Source of the DNA: an uncultured bacterium
GTDB taxonomy: Bacteria; Latescibacterota; MVCY01
Direction: 5' to 3'
Length of the DNA: 42,267 nt
Assembly: GCA_964595705.1 (NCBI GenBank)
Contig: CAZQSC010000002.1
Coordinates: forward strand, 1 to 42,267
Positions 18,282-26,260 of this stretch are shown here, one piece after another. Numbering within the stretch: position 1 is the stretch's first letter; every line of letters begins with the position of its first letter. The translations under genes and the position numbers were made by a program. Under the pieces are notes generated by a model, which was not told the DNA's origin, made no database searches, and worked only from the letters and a program-made list of their open reading frames with translations.

Positions 18282-19634
18282 TTACAGGCCCAGCAGTCGT
18301 TCCCACACCTGTTGCAGTCGTTCCTGTTCTCTCCGAACCCGCTCTCTTTCAGATTCGATTTTTGCCTTTGTCTTTTCCAGTCCTAAATTCCCCGGGGCAC
18401 CGAGGTGTCTTTTGGAGAGGATATTCTGGCGGGGATCTTCGGCCTTCAGTTGGTCAAGCTCTAAAGCCACCTTACGGTAGGCATCGCGAAAAGGCAAACC
18501 CTCTTCTGCCACCAGTCTAAGTGCCCGGTCGGCAGCAAAAAGTTCAGGAGTGAAGGACTTTGAGAGTGCATCGCGGTTGACTCCGAGGTTCTGAAAGATT
18601 CTGTCCACCACCTCAACCGAGGCCTCGGTGGTTTCTAAGGCTTCCATCAGCGGTCCCTTAGTCTCCTGGAAATCCCGATTATAGCCAGAGGGCAGACTGC
18701 GGATGGTGGTTATCAGCTGAAACAACCGGGAGAGTACCCGAGCAGAGCGGGCCCGCACCAGCTCCAGAGGGCCCGGGTTCTGCTTCTGTGGCATAATGCT
18801 GGAGCCAGGACAGTACTCCTTGGGCAAGGTGAAATAACCAAATTCGGGAATACTGAACAGGATGAGGTCACCAGAGAGTTTAGCCAAGTCTTCGGTCACC
18901 TGAGAGAGAGCGAAGACCACGATGGCCTCCATTTTACCCCGGCTGTTGTTGGCGTAAAGCACATTGTTTTGCACTCTGTCGAAACCCAACAGATCACTGA
19001 CCAGTTGGCGGTCGACGGGAAGCCCTACCCCATAGCTGGCCGCCGAACCAAGGGGACATTGGTTGTTCAAAAAATAAGCGGTCTTGAGCAGCTCCAGGTC
19101 ATCTAACAAGGACTCAGCGAAGGCAGCAGCCCATAGCCCCACTGAAGAGGGCATAGCCCGCTGGGTGTGAGTACGGCCTGGCATAGGCACATCTTTATTT
19201 TGATCAGCAAAATTCAATAAAGTCTCCGCCAATGTCAGAACTTTCTCCTGGACTACTAAAAGTCTCTCCCGAGTATAGATGCGGATGTCTACCAGCACCT
19301 GGTCGTTACGGGAACGTCCGGTGTGAATCTTTTTGCCCAGCTCCCCCAGTCTCTTGGTGAGGGCATTCTCCACTGCAGTATGTACATCCTCATCCTGCAG
19401 TTTGATCTCAAACCCTTCTTTTTCATCTTGAGAGAGGATTTCAAGCAAGCATCTCTTGAGCTTGGCCAATTCCTCTGCAGTGAGAATATCAATGGTGGAA
19501 AGCATTTTGGCGTGGGCAATACTTCCCAGCACATCTGCCCTGATTAGCTTTCTGTCCAGCAGATAGTCATCTCCCACCGTAAACCGTTCCATCTGCTGAT
19601 CTAACTGGTAGCCTTTCTCCCACAGCTTGGTCAT
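18282..19634 (-). CDS. argH: Argininosuccinate lyase
   Basis: It begins MTKLWEKGYQLD... and has the fumarate-lyase signature region GSSIMPQKQNP. I chose the ATG at 19634, which makes an ATGA overlap with the argG stop. The longer ORF running to 19706 would sit inside argG. Confidence 0.93.
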   Translation of the reverse strand: MTKLWEKGYQLDQQMERFTVGDDYLLDRKLIRADVLGSIAHAKMLSTIDILTAEELAKLKRCLLEILSQDEKEGFEIKLQDEDVHTAVENALTKRLGELGKKIHTGRSRNDQVLVDIRIYTRERLLVVQEKVLTLAETLLNFADQNKDVPMPGRTHTQRAMPSSVGLWAAAFAESLLDDLELLKTAYFLNNQCPLGSAASYGVGLPVDRQLVSDLLGFDRVQNNVLYANNSRGKMEAIVVFALSQVTEDLAKLSGDLILFSIPEFGYFTLPKEYCPGSSIMPQKQNPGPLELVRARSARVLSRLFQLITTIRSLPSGYNRDFQETKGPLMEALETTEASVEVVDRIFQNLGVNRDALSKSFTPELFAADRALRLVAEEGLPFRDAYRKVALELDQLKAEDPRQNILSKRHLGAPGNLGLEKTKAKIESERERVRREQERLQQVWERLLGL

Positions 19635-20869
19635 AGGTATTTCACCCTTCCTTTTTGGGCCAGCACTCGATAGGGCAAGGCACGGATATGAGCGGCATCC
19701 CGGCACATCCGCTGATCAAACCCGCCCGCTTTAATAGAGCGGATTTCAGGGGCGAACAGTCCGGTCCGAGAGCTGCGTCCGAGTATCTCGATATTGCCCT
19801 TGTAAAGTTTAACCTTATATTTACCATTAACCGGCTTCTGGCTCTGGTTGATAAAGGCCTCCAGTTCGTAGCGTAGAGGATGAAAGGCCTCACCGTGGTA
19901 CATCATATAGGCCCATTGCTGGTCGATGGCTTTTTTGAACATAATCTCTTCTTTAGTCAGGCAGAACTGCTCCAGGTCCCGGTGCAGGGCGAGGATGATT
20001 TTGGCGGCGGGGGCCTCATAGATCTCCCTGGATTTCAGGCTCATAATACCGTCCTCGAACATATCTATGCGGCCGATGCCGTTCTCTCCGCCGATCACAT
20101 TCAACTGAAGGATAAGTTCTGCAAGCGGCAGTTGTTTGCCATTCAGGCTGACCGGGATACCTTCTGAGAACTCTATTTCAATGGTGGTAGGTTGGTCTTT
20201 GGCCTTCTCGGGCACTACCAGCCACATCCAGATCTCCTCGGGCAGTTCCTGGTTAAGGTCAACCGCTCCACTGGCGATGGACCGGCACCACATAGTCTTG
20301 TCATCGCCGCCTGGCAGGGTCTCTGTCACCGGTACACCCCAGGCCTTACACAGCAGTTCCTCCTCTCCCCGGGTTAGGTCGAAATCTCGTACTGGCACCA
20401 GCACTTCCAGCCCAGGGGCGAACAGGGTGAAGACATTGTGCATCCGGTACTGGTCGTTGCCCTTGCCGCTGCTTCCTTCAATCAAGGCATCGCAACCCAG
20501 TTCCACTGCCTTCTCGGCCACCTTGCGGGCGATGAGCTGCCGGGTCATCGAAGTGGAAACCGGGTAGCCCTCGTAGTCGGAATTGGCCTTTATAGCCATA
20601 CTTACCCACTGGTTAGCAAACTCCTCTTTTACATCAATAAAAATGGGCTCAATCCCCAGAGCCCTGGCGTGGAGTTTGCTTTGTTCTAACTCTTCATCAC
20701 CTTGTCCGATATCCACAGTGATGGGCACAATCTCTTTGGCCTTGTATTTCCTCCGCAAAAGTTCGATGCTCAGGCTGGAATCAAGACCTCCGGAAAAAGC
20801 AGCAGCCACTTTATTCACCGGAGGCGTCCGGACCGCCTCGATCTTTCTTTCAATCTCTGCCACAGTCAT
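19631..20869 (-). CDS. argG: Argininosuccinate synthase
   Basis: 412 aa with the PP-loop AFSGGLDSS and a typical ArgG length and layout. Confidence 0.93.
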   Translation of the reverse strand: MTVAEIERKIEAVRTPPVNKVAAAFSGGLDSSLSIELLRRKYKAKEIVPITVDIGQGDEELEQSKLHARALGIEPIFIDVKEEFANQWVSMAIKANSDYEGYPVSTSMTRQLIARKVAEKAVELGCDALIEGSSGKGNDQYRMHNVFTLFAPGLEVLVPVRDFDLTRGEEELLCKAWGVPVTETLPGGDDKTMWCRSIASGAVDLNQELPEEIWMWLVVPEKAKDQPTTIEIEFSEGIPVSLNGKQLPLAELILQLNVIGGENGIGRIDMFEDGIMSLKSREIYEAPAAKIILALHRDLEQFCLTKEEIMFKKAIDQQWAYMMYHGEAFHPLRYELEAFINQSQKPVNGKYKVKLYKGNIEILGRSSRTGLFAPEIRSIKAGGFDQRMCRDAAHIRALPYRVLAQKGRVKYL

Positions 20870-20936
20870 TTTATCCTCCTCTGGCGTTAAAGTCGGAGAT
20901 TTCTGTTTATCACCCCATCATCCTGATTTTGACTAT

Positions 20937-20965
20937 AATTTAACTCCCATTGTCTGCTTTGTCAA
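20937..20965 (-). promoter_or_regulatory. Sigma70-like promoter candidate for argG-argH
   Basis: The minus strand reads TTGACA (20965-20960), N17, TAAATT (20942-20937), about 65 nt upstream of the argG start. Confidence 0.4.
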
Positions 20966-21175
20966 TAAGAAAAGAGAGACAGAAAGGTGGCTGCCAGAGC
21001 TTTCTATCAAACGGAGCAAATCAAATTATTAGCTCCCTTGCTGCCGAGACAGGAGAATTTGTAGTCACCTCCTCGGCGGCCTTTGCGGTTGAATTCCAAA
21101 CGCAGAACGATACTTTTGGTTCTTCTCAAAACTTACCAAGGTTCAGTTCTGACCTAAATAGGCTGTTTTTTTTTC

Positions 21176-21204
21176 TTGACAAAATAAAATTTTCTTCTTA
21201 TCTT
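21176..21204 (+). promoter_or_regulatory. Sigma70-like promoter candidate for the tRNA gene
   Basis: TTGACA (21176-21181), N17, TATCTT (21199-21204). The -10 element ends 12 nt before the mature tRNA 5' end. Confidence 0.5.
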
Positions 21205-21216
21205 TTTAAAGATCGT

Positions 21217-21293
21217 GGCGGTGTAGCTCAGTTGGTTAGAGCAGAGGAATCATAATCCTCGTGTCGGGGGTTCGAGTCCCTCCACCGCTACCA
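21217..21293 (+). tRNA. tRNA with anticodon CAT (elongator Met, or Ile2 read after lysidine modification; not initiator-like)
   Basis: Hand-folded cloverleaf. Acceptor: GGCGGTG/CACCGCT (G1-U72 wobble). D arm: U8, GCTC-AGTTGGTTA-GAGC. Anticodon arm: GAGGA-ATCATAA-TCCTC. Variable loop: GTGTC. T arm: GGGGG-TTCGAGT-CCCTC. Tail: A73 and an encoded CCA. It lacks the 1:72 mismatch and the three G-C anticodon-stem pairs of initiator tRNA. Confidence 0.9.
21245..21293 (+). repeat. attL core (3' 49 nt of the intact tRNA-CAT)
   Basis: AGGAATCATAATCCTCGTGTCGGGGGTTCGAGTCCCTCCACCGCTACCA is identical to 27450-27498. The flanking bases differ on both sides. Confidence 0.9.
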
Positions 21294-21301
21294 GCATTTC
21301 C

Positions 21302-22387
21302 CTAATAATTTGGGGCACTTAAGGCCTGGTGGTCTTGGTGCTTTTTTTGTTGGCCCCGGGCGTTTGTGCCAGATTTGTGCCAATCTATTCTCTCAACAGC
21401 GGCTTTTAAGTGGTCTGGAGAAAGGTGGGCATATCGCATTGTGGTTTTAATGTCCTTATGGCCCATAAGCTTCTGGACGGTGGCTAAATCTACTCCGGAC
21501 ATTACCAGGTGGGATGCGAAGGTGTGTCTGAGGGTGTGGAGGGAGATATGGCCTATACCTGCTCTTTTGGCTGCCCCGTCCAGTCCATGTGTGATGTTAT
21601 CAAACCTATTTCCGTCTTGGTTATAAAAGACATAGTTGCTATTGATGTGTCTGGGGTGTTTTTTTAGCACCTCATAGAGAAAGTCGTTCATCGGAATGAC
21701 CCTGGACTCATAGTTCTTTGTGTGCCACCCGTCCTTGTTACGAACGGTGACTATCCTTTTCTTGAAGTCTATATCCGACCATTCCAAGTGAAACAACTCC
21801 GACCTTCTCATCCCGGTATTCAGGGCTGTGACCACGATAGGATAGATGTGCAGAGGGCATTGGTCTAGAAGGGCGGCGATCTCTTCTTTCTCGAGGTATC
21901 TTGGGGGTTTTGGCCGCTCCTTGAACAGTCTGATCTCGGAAGCAGGGTTTTCCTTCAGGTAGCCCCACTCCACTGCTTTTCGGAGACAGTTCTTAAGGGC
22001 ACACAACTCCCGATTGACAGTGGCAACATTGGCCTGTTGTGCCCTTTGAGTTTTGTAGTTCTGGATCATCTTAGCGGTGATCTTTGCCAGATAATGCCCT
22101 TTGAAATACGGGATTAGGTGAACCTTAAAGCTTGTAGTGTCTCTTCTGTAGCTGCCTCTTGCCTTGTTTGCCTTCGAGTACTCCAGATATTCGGTGGCAA
22201 AATCCTCAAATAGGATCTTCTTCTCCTCGTAGATTCCCAGGTATTCTCCCCGGACAATTTTCCCCTCAATGTCTTTTAAGACATCCTCAGCCAGTTTCTT
22301 GGACCTACCAACCTTCATCCTTTTGCGACGGCCTCGGATGGAATAATCAATGTACCAAACGTTTCCTCGTCTGTAGACTCTTGCCAT
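21302..22387 (-). CDS. Tyrosine recombinase / phage-type integrase
   Basis: 361 aa. The catalytic-domain motifs are TGMRRSEL, HTLRHTFASHL and GHKDIKTTMRYAH. It is adjacent to the tRNA att site. Confidence 0.93.
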   Translation of the reverse strand: MARVYRRGNVWYIDYSIRGRRKRMKVGRSKKLAEDVLKDIEGKIVRGEYLGIYEEKKILFEDFATEYLEYSKANKARGSYRRDTTSFKVHLIPYFKGHYLAKITAKMIQNYKTQRAQQANVATVNRELCALKNCLRKAVEWGYLKENPASEIRLFKERPKPPRYLEKEEIAALLDQCPLHIYPIVVTALNTGMRRSELFHLEWSDIDFKKRIVTVRNKDGWHTKNYESRVIPMNDFLYEVLKKHPRHINSNYVFYNQDGNRFDNITHGLDGAAKRAGIGHISLHTLRHTFASHLVMSGVDLATVQKLMGHKDIKTTMRYAHLSPDHLKAAVERIDWHKSGTNARGQQKKHQDHQALSAPNY

Positions 22388-22786
22388 ATCTATCCCGCAC
22401 TTTCAAAGCTTTTAGGGCAACCTTTGCCCTTTGGTAGTGCTTTTGCTTTTTTCCATTTGCCTTAACATAAGTTTTAAGGGGGTATTTTTCTCAAAAGGTG
22501 TTGGATACCCCTGAGATCGGTTTTGACATTTTAACCCAGGAGTTCAGCACTTTGAAAACGACAAAATCCCTGTTTTGAGCATCTATTTTTTTAGACCTCA
22601 ACCCCCACTTTTTCCATCGTCCGAATCTGCCTCATTCTCTCACGGAGCCGAGCCTTTTTCTCCTCGGACAATTCCTTTTTCCTGGGATGTTTCTTCATCC
22701 AGTCTTTTAGCTGCTTCTCTTCAGGTTTAATTGCTTAACACGATTGGCAAACTCCTTCTGTGTCAACGCCCGTGTCATTCTCCGTC

Positions 22787-22975
22787 TCATTGCTCTCTTT
22801 CCTCGTTCTCTGCCAGAATCTGTTCGATCCTACGCCAAATCTCCGGCGGCATGTGACAATAGCCATTGATGTAGGCGTTCAGCCGACCCGGAGTGATGCC
22901 CAACTCCCTGGCTAATCCTACCTGGGTCATTCCCACCTTCAGTAGCTCCATCTTCAGTGCCGTCTTTGGCTGCAT
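22787..22975 (-). CDS. Small Cro/CI-type (XRE-like) helix-turn-helix regulator
   Basis: 62 aa from the ATG at 22975, with AGGAGG 7 nt upstream. The HTH is MTQVGLARELGITPGRLNAYING. The longer track ORF (to 23056) would start upstream of the predicted transcription start. Confidence 0.7.
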   Translation of the reverse strand: MQPKTALKMELLKVGMTQVGLARELGITPGRLNAYINGYCHMPPEIWRRIEQILAENEEREQ

Positions 22976-23046
22976 AAGGCACCTCCTTGAGAGAATATTG
23001 TTGCGGTTTGGCGATAAAAAAATACCGCCTGAAGTGTCATGGAGAC

Positions 23047-23075
23047 AATATAACACCTCAAACGGTATTTGTCAA
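23047..23075 (-). promoter_or_regulatory. Near-consensus sigma70 promoter for the HTH gene
   Basis: The minus strand reads TTGACA (23075-23070), N17, TATATT (23052-23047). Confidence 0.6.
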
Positions 23076-23098
23076 GTAAAAATAATCAGTTATGTGCT

Positions 23099-23152
23099 AC
23101 ACTCGAAAATTTTCTCCAGTGTCGCACTACACTGGAAAGATTCTTCCAGTGT
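23099..23152. promoter_or_regulatory. Two tandem 24-bp palindromic operator-like sites
   Basis: 23129-23152 is ACACTGGAA-AGATTC-TTCCAGTGT, with perfect 9-bp arms. 23099-23122 is ACACTCGAA-AATTTT-CTCCAGTGT, with 7 of 9 arm pairs matching. The sites are 30 bp apart start to start, and a further ACACT half-site lies at 23157-23161. They sit just upstream of the -35 of the HTH promoter and just downstream of the 23162 gene stop. Confidence 0.55.
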
Positions 23153-23161
23153 TACCACACT

Positions 23162-24010
23162 CTATGGGAAAACCTCTGCTATCTTCTTCTCAAAACGGTT
23201 CACGGCCCGCTCAATGGTCTTCGGGTAGACGTGCTTTAGGTATTGATCCTTTGTTATCTCCGGATCGTAATTCTTTCTATGATTCTCTAAATCAGTTCTA
23301 AAATCCTCGGGTTTCTCCTTTGCCCATATCTCCCCTATTTCCCGATATTTCTTCCCCTGTCTCCGCAGAATACACCAGCGGGCATTTCGGTCAAAGTTGA
23401 GGAACTGAGCTTCTTGCTCTTTGTGGGATTTTATTCCCATCAACCGCATAGTCGCTGTTACATCCTCTATGGTCACACCCGAACCCAAACCCAGCACATA
23501 TTCATATTGTTCAACGTTTAGATACTTTTGTCCCTTAGCTTTCCACGCTTCTGTAATTATTACGTCCGTAGGCTCGACACTAAAATTCTTTCCTTCTCTC
23601 TTGCATTTTTCCTGAATATCGGTCTCTAAAGAGTATATTAGCGACCAAACCCAATCAGGAACCCCTTTTTCGCCGGAGAGAGCCCGAGATACCCAACCGT
23701 AAAGACTGGCGCCCGTAAGGTCGTTCACAGCCTTCATATACTCTGCATTTTTCCTTATGTAATAGCTTGGTGGTTTATCTCCTGGAGTTCCACGATATAT
23801 GATAGCTGCTGTGAAATACTTGCAATGCAGTTTTGACTTCCACCCATGATTATCGCATTCCCAATTGGAATCTTCAGTTTCTCTGCGAAGCAGCTCCAAA
23901 TACTTCTTATTGAGTATGTAAAGCCTTAACATAAACCCTGCTTTGCGATTCACTTTCCCTCCCCACAAACTCCCCCCTATTTGCGACTCGTCCATCAAGC
24001 TCTTCTTCAT
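23162..24010 (-). CDS. Island protein of unknown function with a possible C-terminal HTH
   Basis: 302-aa ORF. I prefer the ATG at 24010 (MKKSLMDES..., with GAGGAG and GCGGAG upstream), which gives 282 aa. I recognise no family. The C-terminal segment ARWCILRRQGKKYREIGEIW resembles a sigma-region-4/LuxR-type HTH. Confidence 0.6.
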   Translation of the reverse strand: MKKSLMDESQIGGSLWGGKVNRKAGFMLRLYILNKKYLELLRRETEDSNWECDNHGWKSKLHCKYFTAAIIYRGTPGDKPPSYYIRKNAEYMKAVNDLTGASLYGWVSRALSGEKGVPDWVWSLIYSLETDIQEKCKREGKNFSVEPTDVIITEAWKAKGQKYLNVEQYEYVLGLGSGVTIEDVTATMRLMGIKSHKEQEAQFLNFDRNARWCILRRQGKKYREIGEIWAKEKPEDFRTDLENHRKNYDPEITKDQYLKHVYPKTIERAVNRFEKKIAEVFP

Positions 24011-24129
24011 CTCCGCAATCTCCTCAAAAGGGAAACTTCCACGCCTTACGTACAAGCTTCCTGCCCACATACTTGTTCTTAGCCCTTCTGGCTATCCTCT
24101 TGGGATCGCCGCTCTTCACCTTGTAAATA

Positions 24130-24672
24130 TTACTGGAATTGCCTTTTGATTTGGCCCCAGCTGGTTGGCTGGATTGAAGTAAGATCAAATACTATGAAAC
24201 TAATACTATCATAGTCATAATCGTCCCAGATAAGCCGACCCAACACAAGAGACGAACGAAGTTTGAAAGCTACCTTACCCTGTGTGCGTTCACCAGGATA
24301 AAGACTATCCGTGGTATAGCCCCCTTCATCACCAAGGGCAATATTGGCCGTTAAATCTGGATCGTCTTCATAGACAAAGCCCTGATTGTCCATAGTACGA
24401 AAACACCAATAGAAAGGATTTATGTCTATTGTTGAATTGGTTGAGATGTTTTCTATCACACTATGGAAAACCAAGTAGGGCCCTTCATCAGCTATCCAGA
24501 GATCTTCTCCTATTGTCTGCACTGTATCAATGCTAACAATAGTTATCCGACAATAACCATTATCTTTTGTCTCTATTCCCTCCACCGGAGGAAGGTCTAT
24601 GAGACCAGCACTGATAGTTGTGCACCACGCACACGCAAAGCAGACCGCAGCAACAAAGATTTTCCTCAGCAT
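24130..24672 (-). CDS. Secreted DUF4352-like (Ig-like beta-sandwich) protein
   Basis: 180 aa with a signal peptide (MLRKIFVAAVCFACAWC). The LYPGERTQGKVAFKL segment is typical of DUF4352-type domains. It ends ...TSWGQIKRQFQ. Confidence 0.6.
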   Translation of the reverse strand: MLRKIFVAAVCFACAWCTTISAGLIDLPPVEGIETKDNGYCRITIVSIDTVQTIGEDLWIADEGPYLVFHSVIENISTNSTIDINPFYWCFRTMDNQGFVYEDDPDLTANIALGDEGGYTTDSLYPGERTQGKVAFKLRSSLVLGRLIWDDYDYDSISFIVFDLTSIQPTSWGQIKRQFQ

Positions 24673-24845
24673 TGTTTACCTCCTTGTCTAAGAAAAAGTC
24701 TGGAACTCACGCCCTGGGTATGTTCAGGGGGATCAACCTTTCGATTGATCCATTCCAGGCTTTTGATATTAGCCATACCCTACCGTGAGCTTTTTGTGTC
24801 CCAATGAATGAATAATCTAAGTCACTTCAATCTTGTCTCCCTATT

Positions 24846-25040
24846 TCACTGCAGGCCGCTAAAAGAACGGAATTGTCTTTTGATCTCACCCCAGGTCGTT
24901 GGCTGAATCGAAGTAAGACTGAAAACCACAAAGACAATAGTATCACGATCGTATGATTCCCAGAGAAAACGCCCAACCACAAGAGACGATCGAAGTTTGA
25001 AAGCTACCTTACCCTGTGTGCGTTCACCAGGATAGAGTTC
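24846..25040 (-). pseudogene. 3' remnant of a second DUF4352-like paralog (no start codon)
   Basis: The minus-strand translation is ELYPGERTQGKVAFKLRSSLVVGRFLWESYDRDTIVFVVFSLTSIQPTTWGEIKRQFRSFSGLQ*. 24991-25034 is identical over 44 nt to 24257-24300. Homology stops abruptly at about 25036-25040, next to the stop codon of the 25042 gene, and an in-frame stop lies just upstream. Confidence 0.75.
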
Positions 25041-25041
25041 A

Positions 25042-25674
25042 TCATTTAAATATTATTCCCACCTTAAATGGAATATAGCTTCTTTGAGGATCTTCTGCGA
25101 TTGTAGTTGTATAGCCTATTTGAATGAAAAAACTTGATTTTTCGTTTAATTGAAGATCCAATCCCATTCCAAGAGAGATCACAAGGGCGGTATCAGAATC
25201 GCCCTCAATCGTTTCTGTGTATCCGAGGAAACCAGCCGTAATGGATTCAAGGGTAATTTTGAAGTATCCAGATTCCATTATAAAATAAGGTGCTACTATG
25301 CTTTCTTTTGTCTGTGAAATTAGTTTTAAGTTAGCTAATACACTTAATATCGTTGATGATGCACCGCTAACCCATATTCCACTACCCCTTAGTCCCAGGT
25401 CAGATAAGAAACTGTTCTTGTCAAAATTAAACCTACTATAGGTAAAATTACCACCGAGGAATGTATTAGGATTTACTGGATATTCAATCCCAGCTCCAAA
25501 ATTAACGCCTGGATTCCAATAATCACTAAAACCATGTGGGGACAATGGAACTGAAATGCCAACATGCACAAAAAGGTTGGCTTTGGGTTGTTGCTGAGCT
25601 ATTGAATTGGATGTTAATGTTAATATACCAACAACTAAGATAACCAAGATAACTATTCTGGAGTTTCTTCTCAT
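25042..25674 (-). CDS. Small outer-membrane beta-barrel-type protein (OmpA/OmpW-like barrel; function unknown)
   Basis: I prefer the ATG at 25674 (MRRNSRIVILVILVVGILTLTSNSIAQQ, a signal peptide), which gives 210 aa. Alternating hydrophobic and aromatic strands with G/N/D turns run throughout. The gene is very AT-rich. Confidence 0.55.
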   Translation of the reverse strand: MRRNSRIVILVILVVGILTLTSNSIAQQQPKANLFVHVGISVPLSPHGFSDYWNPGVNFGAGIEYPVNPNTFLGGNFTYSRFNFDKNSFLSDLGLRGSGIWVSGASSTILSVLANLKLISQTKESIVAPYFIMESGYFKITLESITAGFLGYTETIEGDSDTALVISLGMGLDLQLNEKSSFFIQIGYTTTIAEDPQRSYIPFKVGIIFK

Positions 25675-25941
25675 TTTTATCCCCTGCCATGGTATTTCTT
25701 TAAGAAACTCCCCCTTAGATTCCACGTTATTTTTAATAGTGATATAACTTCCAATCGCCTACCTTCACGGAAACGGTTTTTTTACCTCCAGTATCAATAT
25801 AATCACAGCCTGGCGATTCTTTTCTCACTCCTACATCACTTCCAATAGTCCGATGAAAATATTTACTACTGTCTTCACAAACTGCCACAAAAAAGACCTG
25901 ATAAAAGTCGATTTTTATAGTGCCTGTATTTTAAATTGCAT

Positions 25942-25971
25942 AATATATTTAAACATAGCCATATTTGTCAA
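25942..25971 (-). promoter_or_regulatory. Sigma70-like promoter candidate inside the island (upstream of the barrel-protein gene)
   Basis: The minus strand reads TTGACA (25971-25966), N18, TATATT (25947-25942). It carries the island motif CTTGACAAATA. Confidence 0.35.
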
Positions 25972-26143
25972 GAGATTCGTAATAGTCCTGTTGCCACATC
26001 CTTATGATAAAAGAGGCTCCCAACTTGCCAGGTTCATTATAGTTATCAGAAGGCTCATTAGAACTGGAAGGATTTGTACAATGAACAAGTAGACAGACTA
26101 TAGTTGCAATCAATAACCATCTTAGTCTAATAATTCTTGACAT
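25949..26143 (-). CDS. Possible small secreted protein or lipoprotein (weakly supported)
   Basis: 64 aa from the ATG at 26143. The N-terminus MSRIIRLRWLLIATIVCLLVHC is hydrophobic. The RBS is weak and the 3' end overlaps the promoter candidate. Confidence 0.3.
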   Translation of the reverse strand: MSRIIRLRWLLIATIVCLLVHCTNPSSSNEPSDNYNEPGKLGASFIIRMWQQDYYESLDKYGYV

Positions 26144-26260
26144 TTCTGATTTTCCCAATAAGATTTCAGAACTGTAGGCTTATACACTGTGCAAACCACC
26201 GTGGCTTGCACTCTATTGTAGCTGGGTTTAGATTGAGTCTACCTTTCACATCTGGAGTCC

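Noticed and set aside
18282-19706. Long form of argH starting at 19706 (474 aa)
   Set aside because: The extra 24 codons lie inside argG and are not ArgH-like. The ATG at 19634 gives MTKLWEKGY... and an ATGA overlap with the argG stop.
20870-21216. Possible replication origin at the minus/plus strand switch near parAB
   Set aside because: I saw only weak 7-of-9 matches to the DnaA box (for example TTATCACCC at about 20907). I found no dnaA or dnaN, no cluster of boxes and no clear parS (TGTTTCACGTGAAACA-like) site. Gene orientation alone is insufficient.
22591-22778. Two tiny minus-strand ORFs between the HTH gene and the integrase (MTRALTQKEFANRVKQLNLKRSS*, 22707-22778; MKKHPRKKELSEEKKARLRERMRQIRTMEKVGVEV*, 22591-22698) that could be a frameshifted excisionase-type gene
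   Set aside because: They are too short and too weakly supported to call. The RBS spacing is poor and there is no clear Xis or HTH signature. They are worth checking by homology only.
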